A stretch of 64,000 nt of DNA from contig NW_013547020.1 of assembly GCF_000711695.1 (NCBI RefSeq), positions 186,001 to 250,000 of the forward strand, in the 5' to 3' direction. This document shows positions 1-13,040 of the stretch, piece after piece (position 1 is the stretch's first letter; each line of letters opens with the position of its first letter). The notes under the pieces were generated by a model. The model was not told where the DNA came from. It saw only the letters and a program-made list of their open reading frames with translations, and ran no database searches. This DNA is from Tilletiaria anomala UBC 951. Taxonomy: Eukaryota. The position numbers were made by a program, and so were the translations under genes.

Positions 1-896
1 AACGGCAGTGCACAGCGTTTGCTGTACGCTTGAGCCGACGAGGAGCATCAGTGGCGAGCCATCGGGCTGCGTGCGTGCAATACCCTGTTTATGCAGGTCT
101 TCGTCCGGCAGCTCGACGGACGTGATGAGTACGTGCGGGACACGGTGTTGTACGTGCAACGTCTGCAGCACCGCCAGGAGCGTGTCCAAGCTGGTGATCT
201 TTTTGTCAGTGAGGATCCTGCCAATAGGAAGGGATATTCGTCAAATCAAGTGACCTTGTAGCATCGGAAAGCAGAAGCACTTACTCTGCTTCGAATTGGT
301 TCGGGGTGATAATGCTCGACAGCGGTAGCATGCTCTTATAGATCGGCAGCACATCAGGGTTGACGTACATACCACGGCCGATGTCCCCCATGACTGGGTC
401 CAAAACATAGATCAGAGATGGGTTGAGCTGCCGTAGTCGCTTGACTGCCCGTTGGACGGACAAGAGGGCGTTTGGCGACGGAATGTAGCCTGGGGGATAT
501 CCCTTCAGCTCAACGCAAGGATCAAGGCCGCAGACAACGAACAGAACAGTCTCACCTGTTAATACTCTGGCATACCGTAGTAATCCATTCTTATCTAGTC
601 CACCAACAAGATCGTCGATGTGCTTCTCGTCGAAGCGCATTCCGCCCCATCGCCCAAAGCCGGTATGATTCGAGAACTGCACAGTGTTGATTACATCGAC
701 CTCCCAGCCCAGCAGCTGCAGGGGAAACGTTGCGGATCGGTTACCTCCAATCCCAAAAGGCGAACATGTTCGCACAGGTATCAGCCTAGAGACCATTACA
801 GGAGGAAGAGCACGAGCAAGACTTACCAACATAGCCGCACACAACATGACTCTGGATGCTCAAAAGCCTCGTTGCCTCGGGCTGATTCGCAGCCAT
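1..896 (-). CDS. BUD16: Pyridoxal kinase (PdxK/Bud16 family), multi-exon, 3' end runs off window
   Basis: ATG at 896 gives MAANQPEATRLLSIQSHVVCGYVG, then after an intron NRSATFPLQLLGWEVDVINTVQFSNHTG, YVLDPVMGD and IITPNQFEAE, all typical PdxK motifs. Confidence 0.93.
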
Positions 897-1211
897 ACTT
901 TCGCGATCGCTTCGCTGTGACAAGGCAGAAATAACTTGCAGGGAAGGGACGGTAAATGGTTACCTTCGGAGCGAGCTTGGGTTCGCGGCGCGGTCCGGTC
1001 TGCGTCAAGTGCCCTTATTCCTTCGTATTCCGGCCTTCGTAAAGCCCATGTGACATGGAGTAGAGATAGCTGGCTAGTGAGAGATGAGACGTGGAAACAA
1101 AACTGAGTCATGTGGGCCACTCGGCCGAGAGAAGGCTCGACAATCATTACGTGAAGTGCACGCTGCACCCGCCACACGTGCTAGTAATATGCTTGTTTGA
1201 TTGGGCTATTT

Positions 1212-2961
1212 ATGCGGAGCAAGCTATCTGGCTTGCACCGCATGTCATCGACTGTATCCCCCTACTCGAGCCCTGCGTATTCCATCGAGCAGTCACCCAG
1301 CATGTCCAGCCGCGAGGAACCCGAACCTCTCGTCCTGAAGGAGCGCTTGCAGGCGACGTTCGAGCACCAAGTGTACGAGACACCCCCGGAACACCATGTA
1401 ACTGTGGCTACCCCCGAGTCTTCGTGGGTGCCGTCGATGCCGCACTGGGCACCAACGCCGGAGCACGGGAACCCTGCGCTGATCCGGACAGGCTTTCGAA
1501 ACCCTTGGGCGAGCGCGGTCAAGCCGAATGTCTGGCAGATTTGGGGTGGTCTGCAATGGGCTGATACGGTGGAAAATGAGCCTGTTAACGACCGTGACAA
1601 CACAAGACAGACAGAGGGTGCCGGCTTCCCTGATCCTGACTTGGAGATAGACGTACAGATCATCGAAGAGATCCAGTCCAGCCATGACAATTCTGCGGTA
1701 CGGGCCACCTGGCTAGGACATGCAGGCACGCTGCTCGAATTGCCAACCCCTGATGGCGACCCGGTCCGTGTGCTATTCGATCCCATCTTTTCTTCGAGGT
1801 TAGCGCGCACTCCATTGCATAAGCGAGACCTGCTCTTACATTCCTGGAACGTACAGATGCTCGCCGACGCAGTACTTTGGGCCGATGCGCATGTTTCCAT
1901 CACCAGTCACCGCTGCCGCTCTGCCGCCAATCGACTTTGTCTTAATCTCACATTCTCATTATGACCACTTAGACCTCACGACACTCGCACATATCTGGGA
2001 GCTAAACAAGGGTCACGTCCGCTTCCTTGCACCGCTGGGGAACAAGAACTGGTTTTTGCGCAGCTCCGGCATCGACGGTCTGACGGCGTCGGATGTGGAA
2101 GACTTTGATTGGTGGGACGAATGTCGTGTGTCCATTCCGTCGTCAGGGCAGGTGGGAGGGCCGGCAGAGCTTAGGATTATCTGCACGCCCGCTCAGCATG
2201 GATCAGGGAGAGTCGGTATAGATGCCAACACAACATTATGGAGCAGCTGGTACCTGAGCCTCTCGTCCGAAGTTGGCGTCTTTCGCGCCTTCTTTGCCGG
2301 TGACACTGGCTTTCAATTCCACGACCCATCACCACCATATTCAACTGCCCACAGCTCGCCACCTGCGGCAGCAGACGCTCGATCAGTCATCTACTCTGAT
2401 GCCCCACGCACCATCGCGAAACCGTCCACAAGCGCGCCAAATGCCACCCTCTATCCTTGCTGCCCCGCCTTTGCCGACATCTCTCGCAAACTCGGCGCAC
2501 CCCATCTTAGCTTGCTGCCCATATCCGTTGGCGCAACGCTGTCCTTTCTTAAATCTTACGATCCATTCCCATATGCCCTCCATGGCGGCTGGTCGCCTTT
2601 TCCGTCGGGGTTGGACGAGCGCCTCACCGCTGCGAACCACATGACGCCGAGGGATGCGGTCAGGGTATTCGATCTCATGCAGAAGCCGACCCAACCGGGT
2701 ACTAGCACAAGTGCGGCGCAGTCGGTCGCGCTAGCAATCCACTGGGGTACTTTTATCGCGGACGTGACCGAAGCTCAGCAGAGCTTGCGCAAGCTGCGCA
2801 AAGCATGCAAAGAGTGGGACATAGACTTTGCTCGCACATTGCCCGCGCAGCAGACAAAGGGAAATTCGACCGCAAAGCAGGACGATTCCAACACTGGGAA
2901 GCTGACATTTGTCGCGCTGAATGCTGGTCAGCATATCGAAATGCACTTGCGAATGGAATAG
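1212..2961 (+). CDS. N-acyl-phosphatidylethanolamine phospholipase D-like metallo-beta-lactamase (NAPE-PLD/Fmp30 family)
   Basis: GFRNPW, ATWLGHA, LFDPIFS, ISHSHYDHLD (HxHxDH), TPAQHGSGR, FFAGDTG and AIHWGTF motifs. One intron near 1799-1856. Start codon uncertain (1212 or 1242). Confidence 0.88.
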
Positions 2962-3081
2962 CAGTTTTTGGCCTCTGCGCATTTTGATGCTTGGTCTTTG
3001 CGGCTCTCGTCATGAGGAAGATGAAAATACCTTGAGTACCAAAGCCTGTGGACTTATGCCTGCGGTCTTATCTAACAAAGC

Positions 3082-3859
3082 TCAATTCCCCGCTTGCGCA
3101 TTGCCGTTGCGCTGGTCTTGCTGCCCCTTCTCCTGCGCCTTCATATCGTTCTCGCGCCCGATGATGCCAAGGCTGAGGATGCCTCCAGTCGCTCTGAGCT
3201 CGCCTTCGGTGCGCGCCTCTTTTGCCTCCTTCGCTTGCCGCGCCAGGTAGTGTTCCTGCAGCTGCTTTCCTCGTGCGATCTCTTTCCCGTGATGCAGGCA
3301 TTCCATGTAGTCATCCTTTTGGGCGACGCAGTCGGATGGCGAGTCGGCATTCGCATAGCATTTTTGGAACTCTTGCCAAAATGTGAAGCACCGCGAGCGG
3401 CCTAGAGTGCGGGCGGGAAAGGGTCGGGATTTAGCAATGTAGCAATCCCGAGCAAGTGAACGCTGCACTCACCTCCGTTGAAGCCAAACCCGGACTGACG
3501 TAGACAAATAATGGAGCATAAGTCATCAGAAGTCAGTATTGTGCGCTACCACGCATGTCTTCTAGGAGTCCCTCTTTTTGGAGATTCCCCAGAGGGCCCT
3601 GGGAGCCGCGCTGATGAAGAGCAGCTTTGGAAAGCCAAGGCAGCGCTACAGCCCCGGCAGCTATTGAGCCACATGGGCGTACCAGGTGAGCAGCTAATGA
3701 TGATATCATCGCAGCAGTCTCAGAGACCTCTGAGCATCGCTGGCTGGAGGCAGGGTTTCCATGTCCTCTTAGAATGTCGCTCTCGACACGCTCTTCGCGC
3801 GAACCTGGATCCCAAACGGGCTTGCCGTATGCGCGCGAGGAGAACCAACTCACCGCCAT
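3082..3859 (-). CDS. NDUFS5: Mitochondrial complex I accessory subunit NDUFS5-like (twin Cx9C)
   Basis: Three exons read MA|SGFGFNG|GRSRCFTFWQEFQKCYANADSPSDCVAQKDDYMECLHHGKE, with twin Cx9C pattern and GTGAGT donors at 3853 and near 3472. Confidence 0.85.
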
Positions 3860-4349
3860 GATGAAGTATGCGCTGAAATTGCCCAGTAAGTAACTGAAAG
3901 AGCTCGCGGCCTGGTCTGGATGGCCGTTAGATGCAGATGTCATGTAACATGCACGCTTATTCTGGAGAATATGGTGCAAAGTCGTGGTACTCCTTGCAAT
4001 GGACCTTGGTGATTGAAGGTCAAACGCCAACCGCAACACAGCGCGCAGCCGCGTGCGGGGGTTTACACAAATTCTAGTCCAGATCTCTCCTCAACATCAG
4101 CTTTGCCAACAAGATCCAGCTCGTCCTCATCAGTGAATGCAAGTCGAAATTATGCTCACACTTTCTACGGGGTATGCGCATTCATATGAGGACACGCAGA
4201 CCACCAACATGTCGGGCACAGCCCCGAATTTGCAAATCTCATTTTAGCATGTGATGTATGCAAACTCTGATGATACAAATGCGAAGCCAATGATACTGTT
4301 CATGCAGCGTCGATCACTCGCCCTGTGGTATAGAAAGCGCCAGGTGCCG

Positions 4350-4885
4350 CTATGTCGCTGACTTTGGTTTGAAGTCTGCAGACGCTGGGGAACCCTTTTG
4401 CGCCACTTCCACCACTAGCTCAGAGCCAGCAGATTCGGGTTTGGGCACTCGCATCTGCTCTGTTGCTGGATAGGACTGCTTCTCGCTCGTCTCCTTTTGT
4501 CCGGCCGAATCTTGGGGTTTTGAGCCTGGCGCTGGCTCATTGTAGTCTGCGTCCCAGCCGCAGCCACATCGACAGTTACAGCAGCGTACACCATCGGTAC
4601 CCCAATGGTCTTTCGGAAACACATTGCGCACAGGGCGTCGAGGGGAGTCGGGTAAGATCAGAACCAGCGATACAGATGCGAAATGAGATGCAGGAGGGGT
4701 GAAAAAGGGTCGTGAATAACGGGATGAGGAGGAAACGAAGGATCAACGAATACTGAATCAGCATAGTCTGCTGTGGTTGACACCTAGCAAGTGCCCGATC
4801 GACAGATGAACGCACTGGTTATGCAAAATGACATCCATATTGACTCGCACATGGCGGCACAACAAAGCGAGCTTTCGGATGCCAT
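4350..4885 (-). CDS. Small cysteine-rich hypothetical protein (~109 aa, predicted 2 exons)
   Basis: Exon 4885-4816 MASESSLCCAAMCESIWMSFCIT with a GTGCGT donor can be spliced in frame to 4609-4350 (N)HWGTDGVRCCNCRCGCGWD...KSAT. Splice model is tentative. Confidence 0.45.
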
Positions 4886-5309
4886 TGCGCCGATTGGAGG
4901 AGGAAGATGCACGGTTTGGCGAAGACGTCAATTTCGTGATGGCGAGTGCGGTTTGTCTGGATCAGGAAACGAGACTGGAAGAGCGAGTTGTGACCACCAC
5001 GTCCTTGGACTATTGAATTCATCAACTTCAATATGCTCGCTCACACCTCGAGCCCCCTAAGCTTTGGCATCACGGCGCCGGTTGAAATTACAGCACCATT
5101 CCACACTGCCTGTTGAATGGAGACTTTCGGGCCGCTTATGTAAGCATCCTCATGATATACATCTCAGTGCCACAATGCAGCAGTGTACGATGTAAAGGCG
5201 GCTTACAACATGTTGGGGTTTGCCTTCCAGCAGGCCCATAGCTCGACAGGAAGGGCCACGAATGCGAGCAGCTCGATCCGAGCAACTCCACACAGCACTT
5301 TGCCTCGTA

Positions 5310-5997
5310 ATGGAGTCTTGCAACACCGCGAATGGCCACGCTGCCCCTACCGCCGGCGAGTTGTCCTCGACTCTCGATCAGCTCTCCATCTTCGATCCAG
5401 ACCTCTTCCCAACCCTTCTTCCACGCATACACGAGCTTATGACACTTATCATCGAGGCTTCAAAGGACGTAAATAGTCTCGCACAGCCAGATACGGAGAC
5501 TTCTGGTGCCGCTCCAGCCCAAACATTACCTGGTCTGGCACTCGCGTCGGCTACTGCACCAGCCCCACCCGGGCAGCAAAGCACCTCATCCCTTCCGTCT
5601 TTCGTGCTTGGTGCGACGTCGGAGGAGGAGATGACCAATACCTGGGACGACTATGCGTTCCAGCAGACGGTCAAGCGCTCGGTGGCACGGCCTACAGAGC
5701 TACAAAAAAAGATCGTGCGCGAAGCACAGATACTGCGAGAGACCCTCAGCAATGCACGCCTCGCTGTTGAACAGCTATCCGGTGGTGGGTTAAGCCTGAA
5801 GAGGCAGAGGGAGGTCATAGAAATGCTTGAGAAGCAGGAAATACGCCAAAAGTAAGCGAAAAGACTTGGCCCGGGGACAATTCCCATGTTGCTGATGGTA
5901 GGCGATCGCTCTTTTCCCTTCTATGTGCAGAGAGCTAGAGGCGAGCTTTGTCGCCCGATCTGCATTTCCAACACCGAGTGACATGGATACTTCATAG
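5310..5997 (+). CDS. MED9: Mediator subunit Med9-like
   Basis: C-terminal helices LRETLSNARLAVEQLSGGGLSLKRQREVIEMLEKQE resemble fungal Med9. Intron 5852-5930 (GTAAGC..CAG), then ELEASFV...TS*. Confidence 0.6.
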
Positions 5998-6544
5998 AGG
6001 CCACTGTGACATCTTCACCCGCCTCACATGGAGGGCTCCTGGACAGCATGGGGTATACATTGATATTGCTGCACTATTGCGCGATTGCGTAAGCGCTCTA
6101 TTTACGGTTAACTGTCGTCGATGGGTACGCCACATCCCTCGCCCCGCACACCGTACACGGCTACGTAGTTAACGCACTGGCCAGCATGTCAGCAAGCTGG
6201 CGCCTTCCAACACTGCTAGGCAAGCCATTGCCCACGTTCCCTTGACCGACGCTGTCACGCCGAGAAAAGTGCGACAGGTGCGACAGTTTTTTTTCGCTGC
6301 CCCAGTCAGAGCGAGTGCGATCATTCTCGACGAGCGCGGCCGCCTGACGGCTAATGGGCACATCGCACGGCGTTTGGCTTCACTTACTGGCGCGTCAGTG
6401 CGAAAGAGATAGGAACGTGTGTTCGTACGTATAAGCACAATAATACAAAATGGGAATGGTCATTCATTTGGTTTCAACCAGATGGACGTGCATGAGGAAA
6501 AGCATAGACATGTTGTTGGATCAATTCGTGCAATCTTCGAACCT

Positions 6545-8155
6545 TTAAGCCTCCGTCGAGACGTCCGGAATCTTCATCTTACCGATCCGCGCCTTTGCCA
6601 ATGTATCGCTTGCCTGTCCGGAACGAATGAAAGAGAGCGCAATTATCATGCATGTGATAAGCATACAGGGGCGTAGGCGCAAGAAAACGGCCTGCACGGT
6701 CCGTTACGGCAGCACTGACCTGTTTCAGCATTGGCGCGTCGATCATGACCATGCTGTCGCCCTCCTTCATCCCTACGGCGCCCTTGTGGTCCTTGACGCT
6801 CTGCTCGTATGCGTGCTTTATCCGCGCGGCACGCAGCACATCCGCTTCGCTGGGCGAGAAGGCTCGCTGGATCTCTGCCACCTGCGCAGGATGGATGGCC
6901 TGCTTGCCGTCAAAGCCTAACTCTCGCCCGTCGCGGCACTCCTCGGCGAGATACGAGGCGTCCTTGTAATCGACGCAGACCATGTCCTTCCGTGCACAGA
7001 GATGCAGCGCGGTTCAGTCTGTCGATATATGATGGAAGGGTTTCGGTGCGATATGTGAAAACTCACAATGGCAGCCAACCCATAGGCTTTTGCGATTGTC
7101 GCCATGTGTGCGCGCGGGAAGAGTAGCTCTCGTCTGCTCTTTGTCCGGATGATGGACGTCGCAGCACAGTAGTCTTCGCTGGCGAAGAGCAGTGCAGAGA
7201 TGAACGCGAGGTGGCCTTTGCCCCAGCTCCTGACTTCCTCGATGATGTGCGGCATGTTGAGGAGCGACGCCGCAGATTCGACGGAGAGAATTAGCGAGAG
7301 CGGGGCATCGTAATCCTGTCGTAGGTGCTCTGCCTTGTCTAATACCATCTTAACATCGTCACTCGACTCAACCTTGGGCATGACGATTGCCTGCAGTTGT
7401 CGAGAAGGAAGAATGATATCTAGATCGTCGGAAGCAATAGAATGATCACCAGAAGGCGGATTGATGCGCACGGCTAGCTCCGGACCTGGTCGAGGAGCGG
7501 CCTATGCCATGAAGTTCGTAAATACCTTGTATCAGAGGTGATTTAGACGGTGCAAAGCAGACAGGCAGGTACTTACGTTCAGGCCATGCAGGACTGCTTC
7601 ACGAGCTGCGCCTTTTCGGTGCGCGGCAACGCTGTCTTCCAGATCAAAAATGATACAGTCAGAATCAGACTCCTGCGACTGCTCGACCGGCATAGGAGAC
7701 AGAAACGTGACAGAGGCAAATTATTTCTATGTCAGATCTTCGAATTGCTCCCGGAGTTTCACGAGCTTAGCACAACGCACTTTCTTGATCATCTTCTCAG
7801 AACTGCCCGGGACATAGAGCATGGCTCGTCTTGCTTCCACTGCTTCATCTTTCCATTCTCGTTCAGCACCCGTCGCATGCGCGTTTCCCGTTGAATCTGG
7901 TGGCGGCGTAGTCCGTCTGACATCTCGCGTATGGCGAGCAGAAAGGTGTAGGCTTCTGCTTGGACCTGCTGCTGCTACTGCCGTGGCTTGCGCTTGTGCC
8001 GCAGCGGGGATGGAGGCGAGGGGTAGTGTACGGCCAAATCGAGCGCCACATAGCAGGGCCTTGCAGCACGGTGCTGCTTGCTGCGTTCCTGAGCAAAGGT
8101 GAGTCGGGTTGGATCTCCCCGCGAAGCGGACGATGGTGGGACGCAAGGACTGCAT
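6545..8155 (-). CDS. Citrate lyase beta-like / HpcH-HpaI aldolase family (CitE/CLYBL), probably mitochondrial
   Basis: RRAMLYVPGSSEKMIKK, IIFDLEDSV, VRINP, IVMPKVES, LLFASEDY, GFDGKQAIHPAQV and MIDAPMLKQ motifs. Arg-rich N-terminus. Several introns. Confidence 0.9.
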
Positions 8156-8824
8156 CTCGGCAATGGTACCGTACCGATCACGGTGGGGCTCCGAGCGACG
8201 TATCCTCCTGCGCCCCCGTCTCCGCTGTTGAGCCTCCGCAACGCGGACTTGGATGCTTCTGGGGTGAGCAGCTGCACGAATCGCGGATGGCAGGCAATCC
8301 AGTTCAACGTCGTAGCCTGGGGAGGCCGCCTTTCTCTTGACGCGTAAGCACACCTTGTCGTCTACTAGCAGAGAGGGTGTTCCCGCTGGAGAGGCCAATC
8401 AATTCTGACATCACTGCGCCAACACAAAAAAGCTCTCCATGGGTGTGCTCCAGATGTGTGTGGGTCACGTGAACACATCTCCACCCGCCACGGGAGCAGT
8501 CTATAACGCAGCGTGTGCATATGCAAGCGCGTTGACACACCTTTTTTTTTCCAAGGAGCGGGCGGAACGGCGGAAAGGAGATTGAATAATGTGGGAACGG
8601 CGACCGGCAGAGTCTCTCTGTCACACGCAACAATCGAGCTCGCGTTTTCATCTGCATTCGAGCGAGGTGGACAGAGATGTGGGACGTTGCAAAGGCCTGA
8701 CGAGGTTCATTGCCAGGTGCGAGTTTTGCGACGACCCGCTCAACGAAGCGCAACCAGCGACAAGGCAGGAAAAATAGACTGATTCGCTTGGTTGAAACTG
8801 GGGCGGCGGAGAAGTTCGCCCAAG

Positions 8825-10518
8825 ATGACAAGCGCACCAGGCGGCATCAAGATCTTCTCCGGGTCGTCTCACCCGGAGCTCGCCAATATGATCGCAAAGA
8901 GGTACGTTCTCGAGCGTGAATGTCTGACACAAATTGCTTGTGTGCCAAGGCGGTGATGCATGACTACCGCTTCCGGTCGCTGACACTCTGACGGTCATAT
9001 CTTGCTCGTTCGTCCTATTGCATCGGCTCTCAGACTTGGCCTCCCATTGAGCAAGGCGACTGTCGCACGCAACGACTCTGGTGAATCGCTCATCCGCATC
9101 GCTGAGTCGGTCCGCGAGCACGATGTGTACATCATCAACACCTCTTGCTGCACACCGACCACAGCGCCGACGGTGACGGGCAAGTCGTTCATCTCGCCCA
9201 ACACCTCCCTCATGGAGTTGCTTATCATGATCCACGCTTGCAAGGTCGCATCGGCCAAGCGCGTCACCGCGGTCATCCCGCATTTCTTTTATGCGAGGCA
9301 GGATAAGAAGGACAAGAGCCGTGCGCCGATCAGCGCAAAGCTCGTAGCGAACATGATCGAAAAGGCTGGATGCGATCATGTCATTGTAAGCCTTCGGCAC
9401 CTCTGCTTTCTATAGAGCTTCAATCTGACCCTCCTCCCGAAATTTCTCTGCAGACCATGGACCTACACGCATCTCAAATACAGGGCTTCTTTGATGTACC
9501 CGTTGACAATGTGCGTTTGCATGCGATCATTTGCCTCTCTTCGAGATGCAAGCTGACGCGTCCGTTCCCATTTCAGCTCTACGCCGAGCCGGCAGCACTC
9601 CAATTCATCCGAGAGATGATCGACTTGGAAAAAGTCGTCATCGTCTCCCCTGACGCAGGCGGTGCGAAGAGGTGTGCATGCTTGTGTAGCTGATGTTGGC
9701 GTAAGCGACGAAGCTAGCTCGCTGACAGCATCCCATTTAAATACGCGCATTACAGAGCAACGTCCCTCGCGGACCGGCTGAACGTCGACTTTGCGCTGTT
9801 CCACAAAGAGCGCAAGAAGGCCAACGAGGTGTCGCGCATGGTGCTTGTCGGAGACGTCAAAGGCAAAGTCGCCGTCCTCGTCGACGACATGGCAGATACG
9901 TGCGGCACGCTTGAACTCGCCGCCCAACGGCTCGCCGAGTCTGGCGCCGAGCGTGTCTTTGCGATCGTTACACACGGCATTCTCTCTGGGCCTGCACTCG
10001 AGCGCATCAGAAGGTCTAGCTTGGAGAAGCTTGTCGTAACCAACACGCTGCCGCAGGCGCGCAATCGGGCCCAGTGCGACAAAATCGAAGAGATTGACAT
10101 TAGCCATGTCCTCGCCGAGACGATCCGCAGAAGTCACTACGGCGAAAGCGTCAGCGTGCTCTTCAACGAGGTGCCCTATGATACCACGCAACCCTACCGC
10201 CAGAGCCTCTCGCGGTCTGTCAGCTCGGAGAACGTCGGCAGCGGAAGTGGCGGCAGTGGAAACGGATACGGGCACGGGAACAGTGGCACGCACGGCCTCT
10301 CGACTAATCGGCAGTTCCCACGGAGCAGTTACACCACACCAGATCCACCCGAGCTTTCAAATTCCTCGGGCTTTCTGACCAACGCGACAAGCAGCGGCCG
10401 TAGCAGCACGGGCAACGCCAGTGGCCCGCTCTCCACTGCGGCGGCAACGCCGAAGTTGAGCCAGCACAGCACCCCGCCATTGCCGAGTCCACTGCGCAAC
10501 GAGACACGTGCCGAGTGA
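8825..10518 (+). CDS. PRS: Ribose-phosphate pyrophosphokinase (PRPP synthetase) with Ser/Gly/Thr-rich C-terminal tail
   Basis: [68 protein letters not shown] and [13 protein letters not shown] motifs. Confidence 0.96.
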
Positions 10519-10651
10519 TGAGCGTGACTGCTTACGCTTGGCATCGCATCGCGTACATGGGGCCTGGATAGAAACCTTCTGTATTTGTACAAAGTCACTA
10601 CCACCATCATCATCATTAACATCGTTCTGAGGGACAAAAAATCATACTATG

Positions 10652-11958
10652 CTATGTCAGCTTTATAAGCACAAACACCCAGATCCAGCTGACAAGCACG
10701 GTGAGCAGGCATCCGAGCGTCATCCATCCCATGCCTCGCGCCGTCTTGCTGTACTCGCCCAATCTGCCGCGCGCGCGCGTCATCAGGCCCAGGTTCTGTG
10801 CTAGCTGCTCGCCGGCGGTCTCTACGAGCTTGCGGTCGCGCTCGAGCGCATCGGCGAACGCGAAACTGTTCTTCTTGAGGATAGAGGCCATGCGCAGCAG
10901 CTCGCCCGATAGCGACTCTTGCACGGCCCGGCTAGACTGCAGCAGCGTCGACGTCGCCGGATCTGAAGAGTCGCCTCGCTCGGTGCGCGGCGGCGGATAT
11001 ATGTCCTTCTCGGCTCCGGCGGGGGCCACCGGCACCGCGCCGTACTCGGCAGCGACTGCGTCTTCGCTAAGCTTCTCGGCCGCATCGGCCTCTCGTGTTG
11101 CGCCTCTTCGCTGGCGCAGTGAGTCATGCGTAGCGGTGGTGGCGGCCGTCGCGCTCGAGCTGGCGCCAGCCGATGTCGAGCTTCCATCAGCGGTCGCCGT
11201 CGGCGCTAGGGATACGGCGGTGTCGATGGCTGAAGCATCAGGCCCTGCTAGCACACGCGTACGTCGACGTGGACGAGGAAGAAATTGCACGCCGCTGCTC
11301 CCTGCGAACAAGGAAATACGGGAGGTGCTGCGGCACGACTCTTCCCCCTCGGACGAATCGTCGGACAGGCCTCCAAGCCCGGCCGCCAAGGATGCGTAAA
11401 TGGATGTGCTTGTTGGGGGAGCTGTGGATGATCGTGCAAGTGTGTCTACCGCCGCCAAGGATGAATAAGACCTATGGCCATTGGAGCCACTACCTGTTGT
11501 GGCGGGAAAGCCTGCTCGCAGGGCCTTGGCGAAGAGTAGGAGGCGCAGTACAGTACATCTGGTTAGCAGCAGCTAGACTGTAAGCCCATAAGACAGAGTC
11601 ACCCCTCACCCTTGACAGAGTTTGCACCTGATGGTACAGTTCTCCCAGCCGAGCTCGAAGGCGAGCAGCTTCATCACTGCACAGCGGTAAGAAATCAGCG
11701 TGGAACTTTGCTGGTGCAAAGCGGAACGAAAGCGACTCACGCATCCTCCCGGGTGGTGCGGTGATCGATACCCTGCAGCGTCTTCTGTGCTTTTTCTAAC
11801 TGGCCTTGTAACGCAATCAGCCTCCAGCGGTCCATCCTGTCGTCGCCTCGCTCTGAGGCAGTTGTAGAGGAAGAGACCAACGGCGACGTGTTCGCGAGGT
11901 GCCATTCTGCACGGCCGACGAGACGCCGAGTCTTGGCGAACGTTTGCGTGCTTGTCAT
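10652..11958 (-). CDS. USE1: ER SNARE Use1-like (C-terminal SNARE coil and TM anchor)
   Basis: VQESLSGELLRMASILKKNSFAFADALERDRKLVE followed by a C-terminal hydrophobic TM ending LIKLT*. Upstream exons inferred at 11958-11741 and ~11680-11610 from GTGAGT/GTGAGG donors. Confidence 0.78.
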
Positions 11959-13040
11959 TTTAAAATGCCTCGGTTTCGTAAGGAGCTGAGGACGCTAGCT
12001 TTCCTTGAGGTCTTCTGACCTACTAATGCCAGTCCTCGTGCGTTTCATCATGTGCGTAGGACGTGCGCCACGTCGACGCCTCCAGTCTCGTCTGGACGAC
12101 GAACAAGGGCGATGATGCGGAGACGTGGCCGATGGTGTAAGAAGTTAGGGTTATTCACCAGGAGAATAGACGCCAACACGAAGTGGTGGCCATTTTGAGT
12201 GGCCCCATATGTGCTCGTGCCTGGTTTGCAGCAGGGGCAGGAGCACTCGCAAAAGTGACGCCTTTCTGAACTCGTGGTTTGAGTGCTCTAGTGCCACTCG
12301 GGCGTAGCTCCTTCCCCCTAACCTCCCAAAAGCAGGCTCCTTTCGGCGGCTGCCATGTGAGCGAGAGAAAGTGCATGTGTTGGGACCTGTCAGCTCTCAC
12401 GGAAGCGGGGATAATGGCTAGATCCCTACAAGGCTGAGGAGCATACGGGTGTGCACATACAGCATAGCGTATCGTGAGTGATAGATAAGAGGGGCGAGGA
12501 CGCTGGTGGATGGTCTGCCGATGAGGCCATGCCTCAATAGCGCTGAATCCATGGTCACGTGACCCTTTCTGTGCTACACACCAACCGCGCATTGGAGGGA
12601 GCGAGCCACATGGTTATCCCCAGCCATCTCAATCGTGGCGCTTCGATACGCAAGGCCCAGCAAAAACGGAGACGAGAGCTACTACCATCTACGGCCGCTC
12701 ACCACAAGTTGGATTGCCTCGCCGTTTATCCACCTCCAACGCCGGCGACAACGCATCGACGAGGAGCAGTCGCACGCATACATACAGAGACCATCCATCC
12801 AATACTTCCAACCATTGCAACGCTTTCGCGCTGCCCGAGCTACCGTCTAAGACTAACCTCGTCTGGCCGCAGTCGCCTGCTTGCTTCGCTGCTCTCCGAA
12901 GCAAGAGTAGCGCGCCATACTCAGTAGAAGTCTCGGCAGAAGTGGCAGCGCGAGTAAAACGGCGAAGACATAACTTCGACGACCTCTGACGGCGACGCCC
13001 AGAGACGAAGACAAAGGCCAAGACGAGGACAATCCCGAAT

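Noticed and set aside
3698..3734. ATGATGA...CTGA box C/D-like pair on the plus strand
   Set aside because: Too short (~37 nt) for a C/D snoRNA and antisense to the host intron.
12144..12153. TAACCCTAAC (minus strand), resembling a telomerase-RNA template
   Set aside because: A single short match is expected by chance in 64 kb. It lies only ~190 nt upstream of the USE1 start and no pseudoknot was recognised, so it is at most a promoter telobox.
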